DNA of 38,933 nt from a virus: IMG/VR virus record IMGVR_UViG_3300045988_053496, one strand, 5' to 3'. Under the pieces are notes generated by a model. It was not told the origin of the DNA and searched no databases. It worked only from the letters and a program-made list of their open reading frames with translations. Each line of letters opens with the position of its first letter. Position 1 is the stretch's first letter. Below are positions 6,978-14,146 of the stretch, piece by piece. Both the position numbers and the translations under genes were made by a program.

Positions 6978-8087
6978 CTATTTTTTAGCCGAAACAGACC
7001 CGTACAAGGCCGCTGTTCCTGCCGCCATTTTGGCGTTGATTTCGTCCTGCCGTTCGCGGAAAAGCTCGACGTACACCTGATGGGAGAAAGCGGATGTTGA
7101 ATGACCCATGACGCGGGCAAGCTCTTCCTCGGATGCGCCGGAGTATGCGACCGACGTTGCGAAGAAGTGGCGCAAATCGTAGAAGCGCATGGTTTCCGGA
7201 AGCCCTAGGTCTTTGCGCGTGATATCCCATCTGTAAATAACGCGGCTGGGCTTCATCTGGAAAACCTGCTCGTTGTCTTTTCCTCGTGGCTTTGCGTCGT
7301 AAAGGTTTTCAAAGAAAGACCAGTCAACGCGCAGGACGCGCTCTCCCGCGTCGCTTTTCGTCCCTTTGGGTTGAAATCCCTTTTCGCCGCGCACGATTGC
7401 CTTGTCGATGTTGATCGTGCCGATTTTGTATGTCCTGCCGCTCGAATCCAGCGCATCAATAGGGGATGCGGATAAATCCCCCCACGTCAGAGCGTAAGCC
7501 TCAGAGGGACGCAAGCCCGCGCTGATGATGAAGCAGCAGTAGAGGTAGAAATCCGTCTCCCAGCGTTCCGCGACGTATCGGAGAATGTCGCCAGCCCACT
7601 TTTCGGAAAAGAGCTGCTTTTTCTTCCGCTTGAGCTTTGCGAGAACAATTCCATTAAGCTGTAGATCGGGGACGTTCTTCTCCAAAATCGTCTTGAGGAA
7701 GAAGTAGTCATTTCTGACCGTCTTCGGCGTGTGTTCCCGCGCCCGGTCGTCAAGCGCCTTCTGCACATCACGGGGCGTGATTTGATCGAGCTTCACGTTG
7801 ACCAGCGACGGGAAGCTGTTCTTGCGGATGGTGACATATCCTCTCAGTGTAGACGGCGAATAGCCCTGCACCCGACAAGTGTCTATAAACTCGTCCATTG
7901 CCTGACCGAGCGTCAGCGTTTGCTTCTTCTTCCGCTTGCGATCGGCAGCAGCGACGGCGGCAAGACGTTCAGATTCGCGGGCGGTCGATGCGGTAAAGGA
8001 TTCGACGATTGGCTTTCCTGCTGCATCCCTGCCGAGGTAAACCTGTGTTCGCCAGTTGCCGGACGGCAGCTTTTTTGCTTTTGCCAT
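6978..8087 (-). CDS. int: Tyrosine recombinase / phage integrase
   Basis: N-terminal AKKLPSGNWRTQVYLG arm-binding-type motif. C-terminal RFYDLRHFFATS...MGHST...VY gives the R..HxxR..Y catalytic set. Confidence 0.93.
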   Translation of the reverse strand: MAKAKKLPSGNWRTQVYLGRDAAGKPIVESFTASTARESERLAAVAAADRKRKKKQTLTLGQAMDEFIDTCRVQGYSPSTLRGYVTIRKNSFPSLVNVKLDQITPRDVQKALDDRAREHTPKTVRNDYFFLKTILEKNVPDLQLNGIVLAKLKRKKKQLFSEKWAGDILRYVAERWETDFYLYCCFIISAGLRPSEAYALTWGDLSASPIDALDSSGRTYKIGTINIDKAIVRGEKGFQPKGTKSDAGERVLRVDWSFFENLYDAKPRGKDNEQVFQMKPSRVIYRWDITRKDLGLPETMRFYDLRHFFATSVAYSGASEEELARVMGHSTSAFSHQVYVELFRERQDEINAKMAAGTAALYGSVSAKK

Positions 8088-8168
8088 AAATAATCCCCCT
8101 TTTGATAATTATTTGATAGTATATTCTTCAAAAATCGGCATATGATAAAAAAGAAAGGCGGTGAACGC

Positions 8169-8462
8169 ATGAAAGATGTGAATCGGATGTTTGCATTGTG
8201 TACCCCGGAGTGGATGGTTGAAGACGGAGAAACCAAGGCAGAGGAAAACGCGATTGTGCTTGCAATCGTCGAGAATCTGCGAACATGCCTGAAAGGCTTG
8301 CCCAACGAACTGACGCAGAATCAGAAAAGAATCGCTTTTGAAAGGGCTGTCAAACTTTTCAAGGCGGAAAGCTGTTTCAACGTTCCGAACGCGACGGATT
8401 TCGGGTTGGGTTTGGGGTTCGGTTTTGCATTGCCTACCCCGTGCTGCGGAAAATCCGAATAA
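8169..8462 (+). CDS. Hypothetical protein divergent from int
   Basis: ATG at 8169 after aaaggcgg. No motif recognised. Confidence 0.45.
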   Translation: MKDVNRMFALCTPEWMVEDGETKAEENAIVLAIVENLRTCLKGLPNELTQNQKRIAFERAVKLFKAESCFNVPNATDFGLGLGFGFALPTPCCGKSE

Positions 8463-8465
8463 ACC

Positions 8466-8499
8466 AAAAGGACGCGCCCATCAGGACGCGCCTTTTTTT
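8466..8499. terminator. Putative terminator between convergent genes
   Basis: aaaaggacgcg...cgcgccttttttt forms an A/T-flanked GC stem with one bulge. Confidence 0.5.
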
Positions 8500-8565
8500 G
8501 TCGCTCAGCGCGACCTGATGTTTTGTCGACGTCGGCAAAACATCGCTTGTTTTCATTTCAAGCGA

Positions 8566-8955
8566 TTAAAAACCAAGCCCCTTATAGGTGGAGAAATCCA
8601 ACGTGCCGGACGTTGAGACGATATCCCCATCTTTGAGGGAGAGCTTGCCGATTTCAGGATCTTTTCTCGTCAGATAATATGCGGATTCAAAGCCGTTTAC
8701 ATAAAGCGTCACCATGGCGCTTTTTACGCTGTTTGTGATCGTGTAATCTCCGGCGGGGATATCACTTCCAACGGTGTATTCACCAGAGGGGACGGATACG
8801 CACTTAAATTCTTCACGGCTTACAGCTTCTTCGAGGATTTGGCTTTGTAAATCGACAAGCTCATCAAAGGACATGCTCTTTAGATCGACGTCGGCCATTG
8901 CAACTCCGGCAGATAACATCATGCCCGCCAATACGATAGAAAGTTTCTTTTTCAT
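8566..8955 (-). CDS. Secreted protein with a signal peptide (lysogeny-module moron)
   Basis: MKKKLSIVLAGMMLSAGVAMA signal-like N-terminus. RBS ggaggg. This stretch is visibly more AT-rich than its flanks. Confidence 0.7.
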   Translation of the reverse strand: MKKKLSIVLAGMMLSAGVAMADVDLKSMSFDELVDLQSQILEEAVSREEFKCVSVPSGEYTVGSDIPAGDYTITNSVKSAMVTLYVNGFESAYYLTRKDPEIGKLSLKDGDIVSTSGTLDFSTYKGLGF

Positions 8956-9302
8956 GACTGAATCCCTCCATTTTCTTCATTCAGAATCTTTCCGATTCTA
9001 ACGTAACCGATAAAGCCAAAAATAATTTCCGGGATGCAAAGTTCCGCGTACATGGTAAACATCACGGCGGCGACGCAAAACATGATTGCGGCAGTCAGCG
9101 CCATTCCGCGCTTATTATTAAAGAAGGCAATCCATGCAAAAATTGAACCCAGCACGCACATCAGCATGTGGGGAGTTACAATCATCGTGGCGATAGAGCC
9201 GCCAATCGAACCAGCCGCAGTATCTGCAAAATACGCCAACAGATAAATCGAGTACAGCGTTCCAAGCGCGGCGCAAAGGAACTCAGTTTTTGACCTTCTC
9301 AT
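8952..9302 (-). CDS. Integral membrane protein with about 4 TM helices (lysogeny-module moron)
   Basis: ATG at 9302 is preceded by aaggaagag. Hydrophobic throughout. Its stop overlaps the start of the downstream (minus-strand) gene by 4 nt. Confidence 0.65.
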   Translation of the reverse strand: MRRSKTEFLCAALGTLYSIYLLAYFADTAAGSIGGSIATMIVTPHMLMCVLGSIFAWIAFFNNKRGMALTAAIMFCVAAVMFTMYAELCIPEIIFGFIGYVRIGKILNEENGGIQS

Positions 9303-9511
9303 TGTTTTATCTCTTCCTTTATTCTTTTTTTGTGCATTTGTGCATAAAATCAATCATAACGACTGTGGAGGTGCGTCATGATTATTGTCATCATCTATCC
9401 GAAGCCGACAAAACGAATTTTCGTCATGCCGCCGCCGGAGAGGGTAAGCAACAAGCCGAATTGAAATAAGGGTCAGTACTCTTTCGAACGATTTTTGAAT
9501 GAGGTGTTGAT

Positions 9512-9694
9512 ATGAAATCTTGCGATGCAATCGTGTTAAAGGAAAATTTGAATGAACGACAAATTAGGCTCCTGAAAGCGTTCGACAGATTAAACCCGGA
9601 AGAGCAGGAGAATCTTATCTCTTATCAGCAGCGCCTTCTGCGTATGCAAGAACGCAAAGCTGATTCTCGTTGTTGCATCGATCAAAAGTTTTAA
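9512..9694 (+). CDS. Small protein carrying a copy of the repressor C-terminal motif; convergent with the repressor and overlapping it
   Basis: RBS gaggtg lies 6 nt upstream. LNERQIRLLKAFDRLNPEEQ matches repressor LSERQKTLLKTFDRCNNENQ. The last 80 nt overlap the repressor 3' end. Confidence 0.4.
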   Translation: MKSCDAIVLKENLNERQIRLLKAFDRLNPEEQENLISYQQRLLRMQERKADSRCCIDQKF

Positions 9695-9956
9695 GAAGCG
9701 TTTTTTGCCGCTCTGAAAGTGGAAGCTCGTCAATATTGGCGAGCTTTTTTTGTTGTTCAACGTCTGGCTGATCATAGCCAATCAAATAATCAACCGAAAC
9801 ATCCAGGAAACGCGCCATTTTACGAAGCGTATCAAAATCTGGCTCCCTTTTGCTGTTCTCATACATCGAAGCAGTGCTGACGGCAATACCCAATTTGTCG
9901 CTAAACTCTTTTAAGTTTACCCCTTTGCTCTGCCTGGCTTTCCGTATGTTATTCAT
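9615..9956 (-). CDS. CI-like XRE-family repressor
   Basis: MNNIRKARQSKGVNLKEFSDKLGIAVSTASMYENSKREP is an HTH_3. Divergent from the cro-like gene across an operator-rich region. Confidence 0.88.
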   Translation of the reverse strand: MNNIRKARQSKGVNLKEFSDKLGIAVSTASMYENSKREPDFDTLRKMARFLDVSVDYLIGYDQPDVEQQKKLANIDELPLSERQKTLLKTFDRCNNENQLCVLAYAEGAADKR

Positions 9957-9989
9957 GTAAATCCCCCTTTTTGCTTTATTTTAGCATTT

Positions 9990-10073
9990 ACATTTTGTGA
10001 AGTAAATACTTTTCACAAAACGAGAAATTTTTTCACAAAATGTATTTACAAAAAGTGAAAATAATGATATAAT
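9990..10073. promoter_or_regulatory. Immunity switch: operator repeats with divergent promoters
   Basis: TTTTCACAAAA occurs at 10010-10020 and 10030-10040, exactly 20 bp apart. The inverted partner TTTTGTGAA is at 9993-10001 and GTGAAAA at 10055-10061. Rightward promoter: TTTACA (10045-10050), 17 nt, TATAAT (10068-10073). Confidence 0.7.
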
Positions 10074-10120
10074 CCATTTGAAAGTTCACGAAATGCAAAA
10101 AAGGAGGCCGATAGCTGATA

Positions 10121-10312
10121 ATGGATTTGCGTGAGTTGCGCAGCAAAAAGGGATTATCTCAACAGCTTGTTGCTGATAAGTCTGGGATATCAACATCCCT
10201 TTACTGCATGGTCGAGAACGGAAAACGTCGCCCTTCCGTTGAAACCGCAAAAAAGATTGCGGCGACACTTGGATTTGACTGGACGCGATTCTTCCAAGAC
10301 AAGGAGGCTTGA
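10121..10312 (+). CDS. Cro-like XRE-family HTH protein
   Basis: MDLRELRSKKGLSQQLVADKSGISTSLYCMVENGKRRPS. RBS aaaaaggagg. Confidence 0.85.
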   Translation: MDLRELRSKKGLSQQLVADKSGISTSLYCMVENGKRRPSVETAKKIAATLGFDWTRFFQDKEA

Positions 10313-10317
10313 ACGTG

Positions 10318-10587
10318 ATGAAAAAGCGCCAGCGGAATTGGAGCGCGGAAGACGATCTTTTCCGGCGACAGGTTGGTCAGCTCTGCGGTGTGTCCGGCAT
10401 GAGCAAGGCTGAGCTGGCGCTGAACCTCGGCGTCTCGACAAAGACGCTGTACAACCGGATCAACCACCCGGAAACGCTGACAAAGCTGGAAGAGCGCAGG
10501 TTGTACGAGCTGATGCAAGCCGAAGGGCTTGAGTATCAAGCAGGGTTTGACGGCGTGGCACTGCCGCGCCTGATGATCGCAAGGTAA
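10318..10587 (+). CDS. HTH protein (early regulator or excisionase candidate)
   Basis: MSKAELALNLGVSTKTLYNRI helix-turn-helix. Confidence 0.55.
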   Translation: MKKRQRNWSAEDDLFRRQVGQLCGVSGMSKAELALNLGVSTKTLYNRINHPETLTKLEERRLYELMQAEGLEYQAGFDGVALPRLMIAR

Positions 10588-10677
10588 AAAAAGAACCGCC
10601 CAGCGTTGCAGCGCGGAACGGCCAGAGAGAACAAAAAATGACGTGGTTATTGTACCACGGAAAGGGATGAAATATCA

Positions 10678-10836
10678 ATGCTTAAAGCGCAGTTTATCGG
10701 ATTCTTTGCCCGCCTGCTTGAAGGGCTGGGCATGGCGCTTGCGTACACGCTGGCGGCGGCTTTCGCTGGCGCGGTGCTGCTGCTTATTGTCTGCATCATC
10801 GCGGAAATGGACAAGGAGGGTAAGAAGGATGTGTGA
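10678..10836 (+). CDS. Small single-TM protein (52 aa, below the ORF-track cutoff)
   Basis: ATG at 10678 after aaaggga. MLKAQFIGFFARLLEGLGMALAYTLAAAFAGAVLLLIVCIIAEMDKEGKKDV. Its stop overlaps the next start. Confidence 0.5.
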   Translation: MLKAQFIGFFARLLEGLGMALAYTLAAAFAGAVLLLIVCIIAEMDKEGKKDV

Positions 10837-11053
10837 TATCTGCCACAGCTTCCCGTGTTTGAGCGGTTGCCCGAACGCCGAACCCGATATGCCTGTATGT
10901 CAGTGCAGCAGATGCAAGGCGACGATCTATGAGGGCGACAAGATTGCGGAGATCGGCAACAAGGTTTTGTGTGAGGATTGCGCCGACAGCATCAGCACGA
11001 CGGAGTGGCTTGAGCTGCTCGGCACCGGATGGACATTTGCGGAGGCGATTTGA
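10829..11053 (+). CDS. Cys-rich zinc-ribbon-like small protein
   Basis: ATG at 10829 after aaggaggg. MCDICHSFPC..CQCSRCK...LCEDC. The upstream 62 codons of ORF 10643 are Arg-rich and judged non-coding. Confidence 0.6.
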   Translation: MCDICHSFPCLSGCPNAEPDMPVCQCSRCKATIYEGDKIAEIGNKVLCEDCADSISTTEWLELLGTGWTFAEAI

Positions 11054-11055
11054 AA

Positions 11056-12009
11056 ATGAAAGAAATCTACAGCGTGTACAAGGACACGCGCAACATGAGC
11101 CGCGCAGAATGGCTCGCGGCTCGAAAAGCCGGAATTGGCGGCAGCGATGCGGCCGCGATCATTGGCTTGAACCCGTTCTCATCGCCGCTCACGGTCTGGG
11201 CGGATAAGACCAGCGCGGACGAGCCGCTGGAAGAGAGTGAGAGCGAGGCGATCTGGCTCGGAAACGTGCTGGAAGACCACGTAGCGAGGCGATACGCCGA
11301 AGAGAGCGGTCTGAACATCGTCAGATGCAATCAGATGATGCAGAGCATCGAGCATCCCTACATGCTGGCGAACATCGACCGCCGCGTCAAGGGCAAGAGG
11401 ATCGGCGTTGAGATCAAGACGACATCCTCCTTCACAAAGACCGATTTTGCCGGAGGGGACATCAACCCGTGGTACTACGCGCAGTGCATGCACTACCTCG
11501 CGGTCACGGGCTGGGATGAGTGGAAGCTCGTAGTGCTGGTCATCGGCCGCGGGCTGTATACATACAGCTTTAAGCGTAAAGAGAACGAAGACCAGATCAA
11601 GGCGCTCATCTCCGCTGAAGATTTCTTCTGGCATGAGTACGTCGAGCAAGGCAAATGCCCGCCCGTTGACGGAAGCAAGGCGGCGGAAGAAATCCTGACC
11701 AAGCGCTATCCCGTATCTGACGGCTCGACCATCACGCTTGACTGTGATGATGCAATCAGCCAATACATGACGCTGACGAGCAAAATCAAAGAGCTTGAGG
11801 GAGATAAAGCCCTGTATGAGCAGCGTATCAAGGAGTGCATGGGCGAATCTGAGCGCGGAGAAAGCGCGAATTACATCGTAAGCTGGAAAAACAGCAGCCC
11901 GAGAAAGACCATCGACACCAAGCGGCTCACAGAGGAACACCCCGAAATCGTTGACAGATACATCAAGATTGGCGCACCTACACGCCGATTCATGGTCAAG
12001 GAGGCATAA
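11056..12009 (+). CDS. YqaJ-type viral recombinase exonuclease (lambda Exo-like, PD-(D/E)XK)
   Basis: EWLAARKAGIGGSDAAAIIGLNPFSSPLTVW is the YqaJ N-terminal signature. Paired with recT. Confidence 0.88.
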   Translation: MKEIYSVYKDTRNMSRAEWLAARKAGIGGSDAAAIIGLNPFSSPLTVWADKTSADEPLEESESEAIWLGNVLEDHVARRYAEESGLNIVRCNQMMQSIEHPYMLANIDRRVKGKRIGVEIKTTSSFTKTDFAGGDINPWYYAQCMHYLAVTGWDEWKLVVLVIGRGLYTYSFKRKENEDQIKALISAEDFFWHEYVEQGKCPPVDGSKAAEEILTKRYPVSDGSTITLDCDDAISQYMTLTSKIKELEGDKALYEQRIKECMGESERGESANYIVSWKNSSPRKTIDTKRLTEEHPEIVDRYIKIGAPTRRFMVKEA

Positions 12010-12013
12010 AAGC

Positions 12014-12940
12014 ATGGAAAGACAGGCAAGAAACACGGCGGGAATTATCACAAACGCAACCGCCAGCCGCGCACCCGTCGCGGCGACTACGACCGCACCC
12101 GTCGCGGCGAGAACGGTCAATCAGATTTTGAACGGCATGTTCGATTCTGAGGGCTACAAAAAACGCCTGAGCGACTTGCTGGGTGATCGAGCGCCGCAAT
12201 TTATCTCGGCGGTCATCACACTTTGCAACGCGGATGCAAACCTGACGGCGGCGGTTCGGCAAGCCCCGCAGACGGTCATTCAGGCGGCACTCAAGGCCGC
12301 AAGCTATGATCTTCCGGTTGACAATGCGCTCGGTTTCGCCTACATCGTGCCGTTCAACAACAGCAAAAAGACGGACGACGGAAACTGGATCAAGATTCCG
12401 GAAGCACAGTTCATCCTCGGCTACAAGGGCATGATTCAGCTTGCGCTTAGAACCGGAGCATACAAGCGGCTGAACGTCATGGATGTGCGCGAAGGAGAGC
12501 TGATCTCATGCGACAGGTTGACCGAAGACTTTGAGTTCCGCTGGGAACAGGACGAGGCGGAGCGTGAGAAACTACCGATCATCGGCTATGTCGGATATTA
12601 TCGCCTTGTGAATGGCACAGAGAAGACGGTGTACATGAGCGTTCAGCAGATCGAGGCGCACGAAGCGAAGAACCGAAAGGGAAAGAATCAGGGCAAAGGC
12701 TGGCGCGACGACTGGGATGCTATGGCGCGGAAAACCGTCATGCGCCGCTTGCTCGGACGCTGGGGCGTTATGTCCATCGACTACAAGAGCGCATCTCCCG
12801 CCGCGCTGAAAGCGGCACATGATATAAGCGCGGGGCTGGTCGATGATGAATCTCCGTTGCCTGACGGCATCTTAGATGTAACAGACACAGGAGCGGCGCA
12901 CGACGCGCCGGAGAACGTGTCCGAAGACAAGGAACAATAA
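12014..12940 (+). CDS. recT: RecT-family single-strand annealing protein
   Basis: SYDLPVDNALGFAYIVPF...ILGYKGMIQLALRTG matches the RecT core. RBS aaggagg. Confidence 0.9.
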   Translation: MERQARNTAGIITNATASRAPVAATTTAPVAARTVNQILNGMFDSEGYKKRLSDLLGDRAPQFISAVITLCNADANLTAAVRQAPQTVIQAALKAASYDLPVDNALGFAYIVPFNNSKKTDDGNWIKIPEAQFILGYKGMIQLALRTGAYKRLNVMDVREGELISCDRLTEDFEFRWEQDEAEREKLPIIGYVGYYRLVNGTEKTVYMSVQQIEAHEAKNRKGKNQGKGWRDDWDAMARKTVMRRLLGRWGVMSIDYKSASPAALKAAHDISAGLVDDESPLPDGILDVTDTGAAHDAPENVSEDKEQ

Positions 12941-12944
12941 TAAA

Positions 12945-13425
12945 ACTGCAAGGGCTAAACCCTTGCGCATGGTGCGCAGCTCAGGAGAGCGAACGCGGGA
13001 CGTAAAGCGGCGTTACGCGAGAAGGGGCGGCTCGATACCGCCGCGCGCCGAGCAGCAGGAGAAATCCATATTTTGTAACAAGCACCCCCGCTTGAAACGA
13101 TATCGCCCACAGAAAGGAGGACACAGGGCAGGCAAATTCACACTGGCGGCTCGGAAAGACGAGCAAAAGACCAACAACAATAGGCTCAAAAGGTTTGGGC
13201 AACGCACATTTTTTCTGACAGCCGGAAAGACGGCAAATAAAAAGACGTTTCACAAACGGCCTGCCGTCGGGCTAAAACGGCGGCACTCATGGCAAGCGTG
13301 GAAGGCATCGCGCGGGTGCAACACCCCCCCTATTCGTCAAGGTTTCTTCCTTTCCTTCCGTTCTTACAAGATTGACGCGAAGCACCTTGCCCACGCGCCC
13401 GGTTCGATTCCGGGGCTTGCCACAA
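12945..13425 (+). ncRNA. Candidate large structured ncRNA with tRNA-like modules at both ends
   Basis: About 510 nt with no credible ORF in an otherwise tightly packed genome. Many GC-rich hairpins and two CG-GAAAGA-CG hairpins. T-arm-like ggcgg-ctcgata-ccgcc (13026-13042). Perfect T arm cccgg-ttcgatt-ccggg (13398-13414) with a 7-bp acceptor-like closure. Confidence 0.45.
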
Positions 13426-13450
13426 TTTTACAACCAGAAAGGAGAACCTC

Positions 13451-14146
13451 ATGCTCGATTACTTAAAAATTTTTCCGGAGTTTGAGACGATGCTCAGGCG
13501 ATATACGGACGAAGAGCGCGGTCGGCTTTTTATGGCCATGATGGCCTATGCGTATCGCGGCGAAGAGCCTGATTTCGATGAGGACGCGCACGAATGGTAC
13601 ATCTGGGACACGATCAAGCTAAAGATTGACCAGTGCGCCGAAACGCTCGAATCCAAGCGAGCGAGCGGGAAGAAGGGCGGAAGCGCCAAGCAGACCGAAG
13701 CAGACGCAAGCAAAGCCAAGCAGACTGAAGCAGACGCAAGCGAAACCGACATATATAAGAATAAGAATAAGAATAAGAATAAGAGTAGTAGTAGTTACGT
13801 ACCCCCTACCCCCTACGACGACATCGGCGACGACGAACTGCTGCGACTGCGGCAGGAACAGCAGGACGTGGAGACAGCCGCAAGGCGTGTCGGCTTGCCT
13901 GTCAGCGCTGCTGGCGACTATGACACCATGGACAACCTACGCGCGGAGCATGGAGCGGACAATCTGCTCAAGGCCATATCCCGGATTCAGGGCGCGACCG
14001 AGAAAAGCCGAGACTGGCGGTATATCTCCGGGATTCTCCGCAAAGAGAAAGCATCCGGCTACACATGGACGGAAAAACCGCCGAACGCATCAGGAGGGAT
14101 AAACTATGAACGACCCGAGCCAAGAAGCCACACGCGCGATCTCTGA
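13451..14146 (+). CDS. Replication initiation / replisome-organiser protein (DUF6291-like N-terminus, DnaD-like C-terminus)
   Basis: YTDEERGRLFMAMMAYAYRGEEP at the N-terminus. C-terminal SRDWRYISGILRKEKASG is DnaD-like. Immediately precedes the helicase. Confidence 0.7.
   Translation: MLDYLKIFPEFETMLRRYTDEERGRLFMAMMAYAYRGEEPDFDEDAHEWYIWDTIKLKIDQCAETLESKRASGKKGGSAKQTEADASKAKQTEADASETDIYKNKNKNKNKSSSSYVPPTPYDDIGDDELLRLRQEQQDVETAARRVGLPVSAAGDYDTMDNLRAEHGADNLLKAISRIQGATEKSRDWRYISGILRKEKASGYTWTEKPPNASGGINYERPEPRSHTRDL
13685..13741. repeat. Tandem direct repeat, two 27-nt copies at a 30-nt period, inside the initiator gene
   Basis: gccaagcagac(c/t)gaagcagacgcaagc at 13685-13711 and 13715-13741. 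Confidence 0.9.
13757..13780. repeat. (AAGAAT)x4 microsatellite forming an AT-rich island, followed by (AGT)x3
   Basis: aagaataagaataagaataagaat encodes KNKNKNKN. Confidence 0.9.

Noticed and set aside
10643-10828. N-terminal 62 codons of ORF 10643..11053
   Set aside because: This part is Arg/Trp/Cys-rich and non-coding-like. An alternative frame holds a well-formed 52-aa TM ORF (10678..10836) with an RBS, and the Cys-rich protein has its own RBS and ATG at 10829.
12963-13466. 167-aa ORF spanning the recT-to-initiator gap
   Set aside because: It is extremely Arg/Lys-rich and of low complexity, has no RBS, and runs into the next gene's start in another frame. It is better explained as a chance open frame over a structured non-coding region.
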